Origin: the human T2T-CHM13v2.0 reference genome, Homo sapiens
Assembly (NCBI RefSeq): GCF_009914755.1
Contig: NC_060946.1
Direction: 5' to 3' (one strand)
Length of the DNA stretch: 64,000 nt
Part shown: positions 1 to 23,182 of the stretch, piece by piece
Position numbering within the stretch: the stretch's first letter is position 1
Layout: every line of letters starts with the position of its first letter
Position numbers and translations under genes: made by a program
Notes under the pieces: generated by a model
Databases searched by the model: none
Told to the model about the DNA's origin: nothing
What the model saw: only the letters and a program-made list of their open reading frames with translations

Positions 1-231
1 ACTGTCATCCAGGCTGAAGTGCAGTGATGCAATCTTGGCTCACTGCAACCTCTGCTGGGACTACAAGCGCGTGCCACCATACTTGGTTAATTTTTGTATA
101 TTTTTTGGTAGAGACAGGGTTTTGCCATGTTGCCCAGGCTGGTCTTGAATTCCTGGGCTTATGCATATGCAATCTGCCCATCTCAGCCTTCCAGAGTGCT
201 AGGATTACAGACATGAGCCACCATGCCCAGC
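1..231 (-). mobile_element. Alu (partial, cut by window start)
   Basis: Reverse-strand Alu motifs (gctaggattacagacatgagccacc). Confidence 0.9.
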
Positions 232-313
232 TCAAACTGTTAGTTTTATGAACCACCATAGAATGGTTATAAGGGGATGAAGCAAAGGAGATGATGAGAC
301 TGTGCACTCTTAA

Positions 314-598
<285 letters not shown>

Positions 599-1546
599 TA
601 GGTAGTAGATAAATTTAGTAGTAATCGTTTTCGACATAGAAGTTTTCTTTATAAATTCTACTTAAGTGAGGAATAAAGTCTCCTTTAGGTATGGATTTAT
701 TTTAAATGCTCTCTTTAATTTACAACTCTCCCTTTAAGGCAGTGGATGTGGCCAAGTTCAGGAATGGGACAGCCTGGCTTGGACAGACACCTGGGAATAG
801 TAGGCAGCTGAGTCACTACTGAGCTGTCAACGTTTCTAAACCTATATTTAATTGTTTCTAGTACAGTACCTGGCACACAGCAGATTGTCAGATGTTACCT
901 AAACCTGAAGTTTACATTTGTTCTTATTTTCTTATTCTGGATTCATCTGTCTCTTCTTTATCACTGAAGCTTGGTGGCTTGAAGCAAGAATGGGTCATCT
1001 ATGAGTGGCAGATTAGGCTAGTAAGTAACAGAGAATCGGTGTTGCTAATTGAATCAGAGCCAGGCAATGGAGAGCTCCTCTAAAATAAGTCTAACAGAGG
1101 GAATTAAGTGCAGGTGCCTGGAATCAGAAAGCAGTAATCACTTCCTGGAACAATCAATGAGCTGTCTTAGTCTCCTGTCTCTTCATTATTGCTAACAAGA
1201 CCCCCCCTCCCCTGATCACCTAGTGATAACCTTGGATCATCTTTGTCCCCATGAAAGCTTCTTGGGCCAGAGGATCAGAGAACTGTGGCCCTGTTGGAGC
1301 ATGCGGTCATCCAGTCCAGGCCCTGTTGTTTATGTGTGAAGCTTTGGACTCCCCCTGGATTTTCTTTGAAAGCCCCTTGTGACATTTATCACATGTTGCC
1401 TTGTATTCATCTTCCAGACCCTACTGAATGTTAACCTTTTTGAGTGCCAAGACTATTTCTGTTCATCTTTTTGTCCTCCACAATGGAAACTACATGCCTG
1501 GCATACAGTAATATGCAACAGTATGGGTTAATAAGTATATGAATTT

Positions 1547-1670
1547 GGCTGGGCGTAATCCTAGCACGTTGGGAGGCTGAGGCAGGAGGATCCCTTGAGC
1601 CCAGGAGTTCAAGACTGGCCTAGGCAATGTAGGGAGACCCTGTCTCTAAAAAGAAAAGAAAAGAAAAATA
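1547..1670 (+). mobile_element. Alu monomer (FLAM/left-arm-like) within L2 remnants (~1370-2700)
   Basis: ggctgggcg...gagcccaggagttcaagac...A-rich tail; flanks show L2-like motifs (tgcctggcatacagta, atttattcacacatt). Confidence 0.75.
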
Positions 1671-3052
1671 AATATATGAATCCATTTATTCACACATTGA
1701 TTCTACAGTATCTTTGAAGCACTTACTCTGCCTGGCTGGGGAGAGGATTTATAGCCCAGTCAGGGAAAATAACATTAGTCAAACTATGAAATATAATTAT
1801 ATGTTGTGATAAAGGCTGAGGGAGAAGTCATGGGGCTGTCAGAACATTTAATATGGGGCCCTATCTAATCTGGTGGGTCATGGACAGCTTCCCTGAGGAG
1901 ATGAGGTTTGAGATTAGACCCAAAGTACATGTAGGAGTTACCAGGAGCGGCAGGTTGGAAATGGAGGGCAGGAGTAGAAGGGAAGGGCATAACAGGCAGA
2001 GGCCAGTTTGTGCAAAGGCTCTGTGGCAGAAAGCATTGAGATACTTTCTGGACACCAAAAAGAAGGCTGATATGATGGAGCACAAGGAATAAGCCGGAGG
2101 TGCAGCCAGAGATGTCAGGAGACCCAAGCCTGTCTGAAGGATTTTGTCCTTTATCCCAAGAGTAATAAGATGAATTCACCTTTCATGTCACTGGCACCTT
2201 CCAGGCTGCCCACCTGTTGTTCTCTGGAATAGCTGGTGGATGTCCCTCAGTGGTCTGAGTTCCTCTGTGTCCAGTTCTGTTCCTGGCTGATCCATGAGCC
2301 TCATGTGATGGTTAGTTGGCCAGAGGCTGCTTGCCTGACTGTATCCTTTCTGGTTATTTTTTTGCTGTGATAAATTTAATCTCTCTAATTTCTATAGTAA
2401 CAGAAAGGGTACCATTGTTATCCTAATTACTGGAAAAGTTGCCATCACAACCAGGCCTGTGCTGCTTATTCATCAGAGATTTATTGAATACTAAGTGTGA
2501 GCCAGGCCCTATTCCAGCAGGGAACAGAACAGCATCAGCCCTCCCCTCAGAGTCTACAGTCTATGGCAGAGTCAGATGTTAAACTAATAAACCACAAGTA
2601 TATATTTGATCACAGATTGTGAAGAATAAATACCATGCAGGATAAACACAGAAATAACTGGGGTGCACCTAATTTAGAATGGGGGTGTCAGGTACGATGT
2701 CAGATGCTCATGAACCTTGTCCCATGGCATTGTCTTCCCAACAGCCAGCAGAGTGTTTGTTGCATGAATGAAGAAGGAATGCTTGGATGAGGGCTTGCCC
2801 TCTTTCTTGCTGTAGAAAGTGAGATTTGGTGCCCAAGATCACACAAGCTGGCAAGTGAAAGTGCTGGGGTTGGACCTGGGGTCCCCTGAGTAGCTTCTGT
2901 TTTGTATGCAGCTGGCCTGCTACTCCCTTGGCACCATCGGGGAAATTTCCACATTCACAGTGAATATTATTTCAGCCTCTGCTGTCCTCCTCTCTCCTCT
3001 TGACCGCTCACATGCTGCCTGTCACTGTGTGACTGTCTCAGAGCTGAATGAG

Positions 3053-3576
3053 TGTTACCAGTGGAAGGTGTCCAGGTTCTTGGCACCTCAAAGAGTTGGA
3101 CAAAATGCACAAACAAAGCAAGGAAAGAATGAAGCAGCAAAAGGAGAGATTTATTGAAAATGAAAGTACACTCCACAGTGTGGGAGTGAGCTGGAGCATA
3201 GGGGCTCAAGGGCTCCTTTACAGAATTTTTTAGGGTTTAAATACCTTCTAGAAGTGTCCCGTTGGTTACTTGGTGTACACGCTATGTAAATGAAGTGGTG
3301 GCTCGCAATCAGTCTGATTGGTTGCTGAAGTGAAGTTACAAAGTTACACTTCTATGCAAACGTCTGTTTGGTTGTAAAAATCAAACCAATCAGAGACACT
3401 TTCAGTTTTCCATCTGCCTCACAGAAAAAGCGGAGAGTGGTTTGTGAAGGGAGTAACCTCCGGTCCTTTTGTTACTTAGGTGTGGAAAGTTGGGGTTTTC
3501 CTTTTGATTTAGTTCTAGGAAGTCAGCCTGAATTAGTCTTAGGTTCCCTGCCTCCAGACCCTGTTCTCCTGCCTCA
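3053..3576 (-). mobile_element. ERV1-class solo LTR, MER51-like
   Basis: TG...CA ends; reverse strand starts tgaggcaggagaacagggtctggaggcagggaacctaag; CCAAT boxes; approximate 4-bp TSD tgag/agag. Confidence 0.75.
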
Positions 3577-3755
3577 AGAGGACTGCCTTTCATTTCTAGA
3601 TCAAAGGAATCTTGGCTTGGCTTGGTTGTTCTTTGAGGCATGATTTTTACTCTCTTGAACACTTGTCATTTTCTTGATTCCTGATTATTTTCCTCTTTCC
3701 TGCGTTCAGTTCAGTTCAGCTAATACTGGACATGGCACTTTATCAGGTGCTTCTA

Positions 3756-4307
<552 letters not shown>

Positions 4308-4698
4308 TCAATAAATGGTCCTTTTAGACTGAAACTTGGTATAGCAGTTTAGGATTAGTGAGAGCTAGGACCAGAAAGCTAGGTTGGCTGCCACCTTGGA
4401 GTGAGAACCTCGAATGCCAAGGTGGGCAGCTTATGCTGGTGTAGTAGAGTTCCATTTTAGTAACACAGTCATCTCTTACAGAACTTTCCTCTCCAGAGGA
4501 TGAGGTATCAGGTTGTTCAGCTTTGAGTGTGCCATCTAGGTGCTATCAGCTAGCACCTTCAGGCTCTAATCTGCTCCTGGTTGGTTTAATAACAGAAAAA
4601 TCTGCCAACCTCAGGAGTTTTTTGTTTGTTTTTTTTAACCAAGAATAACTTTCTTCCATGAAACTGCCCCTAAGAGAAAGTGTTACATTGTTTTCTGA

Positions 4699-4896
<198 letters not shown>

Positions 4897-5259
4897 TGAG
4901 TATTTGGATATTTAAAGTCTTCAGTTATTGTCCTGAATTATGGCCACATACTAAATTGTGTGTATAGTACATCATTCAAACTGAGGAAGTTCAGTGGTTG
5001 GTTTTTCTTTTGGAGTTTTGTTTGTTTGTTTCTAGGGTTATTTTAGGGTTATAGCTTACCTACTTCCAAAAGGGATTTGATTCATCTTATAATGTTTAGC
5101 ATGATTCATGACAAGCCTATTTCAAATAAAGATTGTGAGGAGAGAAGAAGGAAAGAGTTTAAGAAGATCTGAGAAATTTCTAGTACCGTTCCCTGGGATA
5201 AGTTGGTTACTACAGTTGAGGGGTAAATGTCAAGGATGGTTCTAAGTGTATAGAGATAG

Positions 5260-6088
<829 letters not shown>

Positions 6089-6385
6089 TAGGTTAATGTG
6101 ATAAATTTTTTGTTATGTGTATTTTGCCACAGTTGAAAAAACAAACCCCATGAAGCTCAGGGATGACGTGCCCTTGATGCAAGTGGCAGTGCAGATTGCC
6201 TTCTTAACGTTCTCTCCACTAGTTGGCTGGTAGCTTTGTGACGCCTGATTTTTAATTTTTGATTTCTATGCATGATTTGTGATTGTGATGATAGCCACAA
6301 ATTCACTGGGCCTGGGTGTGCAGAAGCATTCTGATATCTCTGGAATCAAAGCAAAAACTGCCTTTGTGGTCTTCCTTCAGAGCTC

Positions 6386-6531
6386 TTTTTTTTTTTTTTT
6401 TTTTTTTTTTGAGACAGGGTGGAGATGGGGTCTCGCCATGTTCCCCAAGCTGGTCTCAACTCCTGAGTTCAAGCAATCCTCCTGCCTCGGCCTCCCAAAG
6501 TGCTGGGATTATAGGTGTGAGCCACCATGCC
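6386..6531 (-). mobile_element. Alu monomer fragment
   Basis: Poly(T) followed by a reverse left arm. Confidence 0.85.
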
Positions 6532-6640
6532 CATTCTCAGAACTTGTATTTTCAACAAAGCCATGAGCTGTAGCATCAAATGAGCACATACTCATGGGGA
6601 GATGGACCTTCACACACCAACTCCACAGAGAGTTTACTGA

Positions 6641-6931
<291 letters not shown>

Positions 6932-7430
6932 TAGACTCAGGGAGTGCGCCTGGTGTGAGATGCAGGGCCTGCCACCTCCTCTATTAGGGGCCTCTCATCA
7001 TCAGCCTACTTATTTACTCCTCAGCTGCCCAGTGTTTACCTTAAATCCAAAACAGTGTTTTCTCCTCCACCGCGGGGTAAAGGAGGAAGGGATAGAGTGC
7101 AGGCAGTGACTGGGTGGTGTTCTGTGGCATAGAGCCATTCCCTTCCACCTGAGGACATGGTGCCTTGAGGTGCTCCCCAAGTGGGACCCTATGTTGAGCA
7201 CAGCTGCTTGTGTGACTGGGTGCTGAACCTCTGAGTAGAAACTCTCAGGAGGTGAACAGCAGCAGTCCTTCCTCACTCTTCTTGCTCCAGAGTTCCCAGC
7301 ACCCTGTGCCTTATTTCAGTCACACACCACCCAGTGCGGAGACTCAGGCTTCTGGGGGTTATGGAATATGCCAGCTATAAGGGGCAGAACTGGGATTCAG
7401 CATTTTTTTTAAACATATAGTATAATTGAC

Positions 7431-7464
7431 GTGTGTGTGTGTGTGTGTATGTGTGTGTGTGTGT
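7431..7464. repeat. (TG)n microsatellite
   Basis: About 17 GT units with one interruption. Confidence 0.95.
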
Positions 7465-8020
7465 ACACAGGTCTGTGAATTTTAACAAATATATAGATTC
7501 ATGCAACCATCACCATCACTTCAAAAAAATTCTCTCATGCTAGTCTTTTTTTTTTTTTTCGAGACAAGGTCTCACTTTGTTGCCCAAGCAGGAGTGTGGT
7601 GGCATGATCATGGCTCACTGCAGCCTTGACCTCCCACCTTAGCCTTCCAAGTAGCTGGGACTAAAGGTGTGCATCATGTCCAGCTAATTTTTTGTATTTT
7701 TTGTAGAGATGGAGTTTCCCCATTTTGCCCAGGTTGTTTTCAAATTCCTGGACTAAAGTGCTGGGATTACAGGCATGAGCCACCATGCCTGGACTTATGC
7801 TAGTCTTGATAGTCATGTTCTCCCCCATCTCTAATCCCTGGCAACCACTGGTGTGTTCCTTATCACTGTACTTTTGTCTTTTCCAAACATCACAGAAAAG
7901 AGAATCACATAATATGTGACCTTTTGAGGCTGCCTTCTTTCACTTAGCATAATGCCTTCTGATTCATCCAAGTTGTGTGTGTAAGTAGTTCACTCTTTTT
8001 AATCACCAGGGAATGTTCCA
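7465..8020 (-). mobile_element. Old L1 3' fragment interrupted by a reverse AluJ-like element (7546-7792)
   Basis: L1M-like motifs (ccctggcaaccactg, ctttcacttagcataatg); Alu TSD atgctagtctt on both sides. Confidence 0.75.
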
Positions 8021-8515
8021 TCATCAGCCATGTTTTTTTTGTTTTTAACCTCAAGTTCAGTATTCTTCCTCTCACACCAGCTGCCTTATGTACACAACAT
8101 CACTTACGATTAGAAACGTGTCTGGGAGAGCTTGGATAGTGGGAAGAACTTTGGTTTTGAAGTGAGGTCACTGGAGTTTGGATTCCAGCTCCAGTAGGAT
8201 GTGGGATAAGTTCCTTAACCTCTCTGAGCTTCAGTTTCTTCTTCTGTAAAATAGGGCTAACATTATTTACATCATAGATCTGTGGTGAGGGTGAAATGAG
8301 GATGTGCAAATAAAGGGGCAGTTTATTTTTAGCTGACCAGGCATTTGAATGAAAGGCGGTTTTCTGTCACTTACTGAACACTGAGAACCTGTGTTCCTTG
8401 ACCCTGTCCATGGGATTCCCGGGGCCTGGGAATGCTGCAGCATGCCCTGGGGCATGAGTGGCTTCCACTGAGAGCCCACTTGGCTGATGGCCTTGTCTCC
8501 TCTTCTCTGCTTTAG

Positions 8516-8650
<135 letters not shown>

Positions 8651-8880
8651 TAAGTGCTTGGTGGAAGACTGACTTGTCCCCACCTTGACAGCCCTGAGGG
8701 TTTTCAGTGCCCTGTTCCCTTGAGGGGGTGAAATATTTCCTTTACAAGGAGCTTGTAATTAGGGAGAAGGCATTTATGTGAAAAGGAAGGCTAATACCTG
8801 GTAGGTGTTGGATAACATGAAATAGGCCAGAAGTTATAAACTTTTAGATTGGGACTTAATTTTAATTACAGACTCATTTA

Positions 8881-11655
<2,775 letters not shown>

Positions 11656-11974
11656 CTGGGCATGGTGGCGCATGCCTGTAATCAAAGCTGCTTTGGAGGC
11701 TGAGGCACGAGAATAGCTTGAACTCAGGAGGCGGAGGTTGCAGTGAGCCGAGATTGTGCCACTAAACTCCAGCCTGGGTGATAGAGTGAGACTCTGTCTC
11801 AACAACAACAACAACAAAATTTGAGCCGGGTTTTAAATTTGAAGATTCCATATAAAAATCTGGATTGTATAGATTGTATATGAATTTTTATATTAAAAAT
11901 ATAATATACATTATATATATGACATGATACATGATGTTATATAATATGTAAAACAATATATTGTGGATAATATA

Positions 11975-12299
11975 CTGTAGTACTCTCAATGCTCAATTTC
12001 AGTTACCCAAGGTCAACTGTGGTCCAAAAATAGACGAGTACAGTGCAATAAGATATTTTGAGAAAGAAAAAGAGTCCACATTCACGTAACTTTTCTTACA
12101 GTATATGGTATAATTGTTCATTTATTATTAGTTATTGTTGATAATCTATTACTGTGCCTAATTTATAAATGAAACTTTAGCATAAGTATGTATTTATAGG
12201 AAAAAAACATAGTACATACAGGGCTTGGTACTATCCTAGGTTTCAGACATCCACTGGGGATCTTGGAACATATACCCCTCAGATAAGTTAGGACTATTG
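11975..12299. mobile_element. MER2-like Tigger (TcMar) non-autonomous DNA transposon
   Basis: Degenerate TIRs (ctgtagtact... / ...ggactattg), TA flanks, MER2-like core (ttcagacatccactggggatcttggaacat). Confidence 0.75.
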
Positions 12300-12311
12300 T
12301 AATGCAAAGTT

Positions 12312-14318
<2,007 letters not shown>

Positions 14319-16199
14319 CTTCTTTTATTTTTTTAAATCAAATTCCTGATGTCATTTCCCTTCATCTGTAATATTTCAGAATGTACCTCGGAAAGACAAG
14401 TACTCTTTTTTAAAAAAACAAAACCATGGTATTATAATTTACCTTTAAAATTACAACAATTCCTTAATATCATGAAATAGCCAGTTGGTGTCTTTGGCAG
14501 AAGTGGTTTTTTCGGAGATGAGCTCCCTGTGTGGGAAGGCTTGGTGGGCGGGGGCCAGGAGGCAGAGTCCTATCAGGAGGCTCCCGCTAGTCCAGGCAAG
14601 AGGCAGCTGAAGCTGGATGGAGGGTGATGATGAGATGAAAAGGAAGGGATGAAGAACACGGCAGGGTGCCTACGGTGAGGGGACAGATGAGAGAAAGATA
14701 ACTGGGATAGGTTGGGTTTGTTACTGAGGGCACTGGGTCTTCTTTTGAACATATCTTTATCAGACCAAAGGAAGATGCCAGGACTCTGTGTGGCAATTTC
14801 TCCCTGCAACTAATCACAGACTTTTCCCACTGGAAAAGAGAACAAGGAACATATGTTGCTGGGAGGGGTGTCAAGCTGGGGGTGAGGTGAAGGGATCTTA
14901 TTTTGTCAGTGAGTCATTGTTTAGTATGCACCAAGGAGCCTGTTTCTGCTCACACTGAAGAAGCATATCTTGGGGGTAGTGGTACCCCCAGTGTGAAGGG
15001 TGAGATTCTCAGCCAACCCCAAGGCAGGAGGCAGGACAAAGAGACCCAAGACTTCCTCCTTGCCACGGATGACTGCTCCCGGGAGACGTGCTACATTTTC
15101 TGAATAGAGGTAGAGTAGAGGGAACCAGACATTTATATAACATTTGTATAACATTTGCTTGCACAGAATTTTTTATTTATGTGTTTTTCTTTTTCTTTCA
15201 CTGCCCCAGATTCCATTTTATTATGCAAAACAACATACAGCAGACAACATACAGCAGCATGAAAGCGCTTACAGAATTTCACCTGTAGTCCCACCATCTT
15301 AACTGTGTATATTTCTTCCAGTTTTCTTCCCATCTTTATCTGTAGGCATATACATTTAGTCGGGCTCTTGTGAAAGACAGAAACCCTGGAATCTTAGCTT
15401 TGTGCTGATTAATAGCAGTGGGACCAGTCTGGGCAGCAGGTGCTGGCCAGTGGGCTTTTCTGTTCCTATTAGATGAGGATGACAGCCAAGTCAGGGCAGA
15501 GAGAGAGAGACCCCACCAAAGCAGATGGACATTCATGTTCTGTCCAAGGTGGCTCTAGTATGTGCGTCTTACTCAGGCCTTTCTGGGGAAAGCCTGCCAG
15601 CAATGAGCCACAGTGTGCCATCTGCCTGCAGAGGCACGTGAAGGGCGTCTGCGTGCTTTTACCCTTCCTGCTTCTGTGTAGGCTGTGTCTTCCTCCTGCC
15701 CACCCTTTAAGGCCCACCCGGTGCATATGTGTCACTACCTCCATGGAGGTGTGGCTAGTGACCCCCTCCTGGCTGAACATACCTGAGCATGCCCTCATGT
15801 ATGTTCTCATGTATGTTCTCATGTATACACATATGCATTGTACCTGGTGGTTTTGTGGCAGTCCCCTCTTCCTGAGCCATTAGAAGAAGAGCTTCTAAGG
15901 GCAAGGACAGGGTCAGTCTTCTTCTCAGAATCCCTGACTCCTAGTCAGTGCATCAGCATATAGCAGGTGACTCAGTACATGTGGACTGTCGTGTGCATCA
16001 GATGACAAATCCAAGTGGTCACTGGGGATGCAAGAATCTCACAGCATGCATTTGTGGATGAGGCTTGGAGGAAAACACACTGCATTGTGATAGAAAGAGA
16101 GACTGTGGTGTCAGTGGACAAGGAAAATAATCTAGCACCTAGTTTTTTGTCCTGTGAATTACACCTTAGAGCATCCAAGTAATTGGTGTGGGGAAGTTT

Positions 16200-17520
<1,321 letters not shown>

Positions 17521-17620
17521 GGAGAGTGCAACAGGTTACTATGGAAACATATTTTTGCATCCCTGGTATGTGATTACTTCTCATTGAGTAACAAAAGTGT
17601 CAGAATTTAAGATAAGAAAA

Positions 17621-17832
17621 GTGTTGCAAATTGGGTTCTCAGGGAAGCGGACTGAGATGGGGTGTAGCATATAGGATGCTTATTAAGGAGAGCCCTTGGG
17701 CACAACACCTGTGGGAGAGATGGGGAAGAAACCGGAGTGGGTGCCAAGAGAAGCTGGACTACAGCCCAGACCCAGTGACAGCCTCAGGAGATCCCACTGG
17801 AACAGCCCTCAGAGATGTGCTGAGTTGGGCCA

Positions 17833-17878
<46 letters not shown>

Positions 17879-18030
17879 CATTGCCTATGACACACACACA
17901 CACACTTCATTGCCTATGACACACACACACACACACACACTTCATTGCCTATGGCAGCCCATGCAGCTGGGGCTGTCCCTGAAGGGGCCAACAACTGAGA
18001 CAGAGCCTCCTAGACAGCCCTCTCAGTGCT
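17621..18030 (-). mobile_element. Degenerate ERVL-type LTR (LTR16-like)
   Basis: ttgggttctcagggaagcggactgagatgg...cttgggcacaacacctgtgg resembles the reverse LTR16 3' end. Confidence 0.5.
17835..17953. repeat. Compound repeat [(AC)n TTCATTGCCTATG] x3
   Basis: Three AC runs, each followed by an identical 13-nt spacer. Confidence 0.95.
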
Positions 18031-18455
18031 GGGACAACAACAAGGCCATGGTGGAGGGGGCTGGGACCTGCCTCGCACTGTCCATCACAAGAAGTAATAT
18101 ATATTATAGTAATAATGAAGCACTTAAGACTTCGGTGTGAGCCTTCTGAAACCTAACAATAAAACAGTGATATATTAAAGCAACATAATTTAATCTAAAA
18201 TAAAGTGTAGTTAATTTTAGAACAGAAAAAAATTAGGAAAATAAACATGAAAATATTCATTCATGTACATCAGAACCGAGATGGGGTGAGATGTCGTAAG
18301 GATACTGTATTTGTCTTGCGTTATGAGATAATGTCTGTTAGTTTGGTTTGGAGGGTGATGTAGCTATGTACATTTGAAAGATTAACCTATAAATCCCTTC
18401 AAAATGTATAGAGAATTAACACATCTTCTCCTGTTTTATGCTGCATGTTAATGCA

Positions 18456-19752
<1,297 letters not shown>

Positions 19753-20644
19753 TACAGCAGTTAAGCTAAACCTCTTTGGTTCAATGCCCAAGATCTGGCC
19801 TGAGCTTTGTATTTGGCCGTCTGGTTTTCCTTCACCCTCATCTTTAGCTTTCCCAGAGGGGAATAGAAAGCTACTGAAGTAGCTTCCACCAGAGCTCGCT
19901 CTTCTTTGATAATGAAATTCCCATCAGTTTTCTCAGACTGCTGAGAAATACAGTCAAATGGGAGTATCCTGGGGTGGGGGGAAAATACAGAAAACCTGAG
20001 ACTTTAGGCCTCTATCAGGAACAAGTACAATAAAGCCAAAAACTCCATGGGTCTTTTAAGACCAATAGACTTGGCTCTGTCAGCTCCTTCTGGGAAATTC
20101 AGATTCAGATCATTCTGTTGTGATAGGACAAGCTGACTGTACTTACCTCTCTCTTGTCCCTATCACTGGGAGATGAAGGAGATTCAATACATATATGTTA
20201 TTTTTCAAAATTGTGGTCAAATGGTATATCTGTGTTTATTTTACCTCCATATCATGAAAATTTCTCATGTCATTAAATGTTTTACAAAAGCATGATTTTT
20301 AAAAATAATTATATACTTTTTTCTTTCGTTTTTTTTCCCCTAAGCAACCCCAAAGAAAAAAATAGCTATATATCATTTTATCATATGAATATGCCTTAAT
20401 TTATAACTTCTTTTGGTTAAAATTGTAGATGGTGATTTTTAAATGATTTTTGGTATTTTTCTATAAACTTTAAGAATTATTCTACAGTATACCACAGTTA
20501 TAATGTTGCAGTGAATATGCTTGGAATAATCATTTGACCACACCACTGATAATTCCTTAGCATAAATACTGTAATTACACTACATGGGTAGAGGGATAAA
20601 AATCTGAGAAGAAGTATCAGCCAAGGCTGTGGGCAACTTGTAAA

Positions 20645-21460
<816 letters not shown>

Positions 21461-22764
21461 AGGGAGTGGCATTAGGTACCAAGGACAGTCTGTATGTAAG
21501 GAATGATCTGCTGACCATGAGTCTTTTCACCTGAACTCCTTCACATGTACATAAACCTCAACACCATCAGCACCTCTGCTTCTATATGTTCTGGCAGTTA
21601 GAAGGGACACAGTGGAACAATGAGATAAAATTACCCTGTGTGCTGTCCACCAGGTTTTGCCTCTACTCATTGCCATCTTTGAGGGTCAGAAACAGTGCTG
21701 AGGACATGACTGAAAAGCAGAGAAATTATAGTCGCAAATATATTAGATTGCTGTTTAGAACCCTCTCCTGATTGTCCAGGTGAACGCTAAAATCCACATG
21801 CATGACCCATCAGTAGGGCTGGAAGTAAACTCCTGAATAGTCAGGGGAAACAAAATGCTATGAGATGGCCAAAGCAGAGAGCCCTGCTGACATGCTCAGA
21901 AATGCCCAACTGTTTCCCCAAGGAACACTTCATGTTAGAATGCGTTGGGGGTACCTGCATCAGCATCTCCGCAGCCACAAGTTTCCAAGGTTTCGTATTG
22001 GAGTTTGCAGTCACTTACGGGAAGTGGCAGCAGTATCAATAAAATGGGCACCCAAATATTTCAGTTATTCTACCTTTGGAATTGAGGAAAAGTTCCAGAA
22101 AAGCAGAGAACTTGAGATGTGTCAAGTGCCATTCCTGAATTTCTATGATAACCAGACATAAAAAGTAAAAAGATTCCGAAAGGAAAGAGGGTACTACTTA
22201 AGAATGATGGAAGGAGGGGTCATTGAAAAAGTCCTCCGTGTCATTTTTGTTTCACAGACATGGCTGCTTGAATTCCACAAGGGTAGGGTAGGGAGGGAAT
22301 GACAGCTTTAGAAAGCCCCTCACAATGTGAGTGCTTGTGTATCTGACATTATATATGTCTTAGCTTGCTGATGATTTTGTTACACAACCAGTGGAGGAGA
22401 AGGTATGGCTGCTTCTGTATCCCCTGTTTGCTAAAAAAAAACTAAGCAAGAACTTACCCTGCCTTGAATCCTCTCCTCCCATCTGGCTGCCATGTTTAGT
22501 AACAGGCAGAAAAAACCTCCTGGCTCAATGTATCTCTCCAAGAGGGCGACTGGTCACCCAGCCAGGTGGGAGGCCAGGATGTTGCCACCAAAGCCCTTAC
22601 CCTGCAGCCCCACCAAGCTGCTCTGCGGCCTTTTCATCTTCCTTGGCATAGGTCTGAAGGAATTTCAGAGCTATGTGGGAGGGTGAGAGCATCCAAGCCA
22701 CACTCTGATGAGACCTGAGAGAGCTTGGACACACCTTCCAACCTGGGTGCTTTCTCCCACACAG

Positions 22765-22788
22765 ATGGGATATTCTGCCCAGGAAGGT
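22765..22788 (+). CDS. DEPDC5: Candidate alternative 24-nt in-frame microexon encoding MGYSAQEG
   Basis: tgctttctcccacacag| acceptor, GGT|gtgagt donor, length divisible by 3, no stop in phase 0, which matches the flanking exons. Confidence 0.5.
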
Positions 22789-23038
22789 GTGAGTTTCTGC
22801 TAATGCTTCGCATTTGGATATTGTCTTTCTGGGTGGCGCTCTCTCTCTCTCTCTCTTTTTTTTTTTTTTTAATTTTCCCTATCCTCTTCATATGTCCTTG
22901 TTTCTCTCCTTCCCTCCTTGTTTTTATTTTTATTTTTTGTTTTTTATACCTGTCTCCTTCCCCTGATGGTTAACCACTGGTACACATTCCGTTTCTTCGC
23001 TTCCTTGCAACTGCTGCTGCTGCTTCCTCCTCCTGTGA

Positions 23039-23182
<144 letters not shown>

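Noticed and set aside
2341-2349. Perfect U12 donor GTATCCTTT in intron ~27
   Set aside because: No supported upstream exon; a 9-mer is expected about 0.24 times by chance in 64 kb.
8211-8228. U12-type branch sequence TTCCTTAAC followed by AG
   Set aside because: Part of a MIR core motif (cttaacctctctgagcttcagtttc).
17835-17953. CRISPR-like repeat-spacer pattern
   Set aside because: The 'spacers' are AC microsatellite, the repeat is only 13 nt, the context is a human intron, and there are no cas genes.
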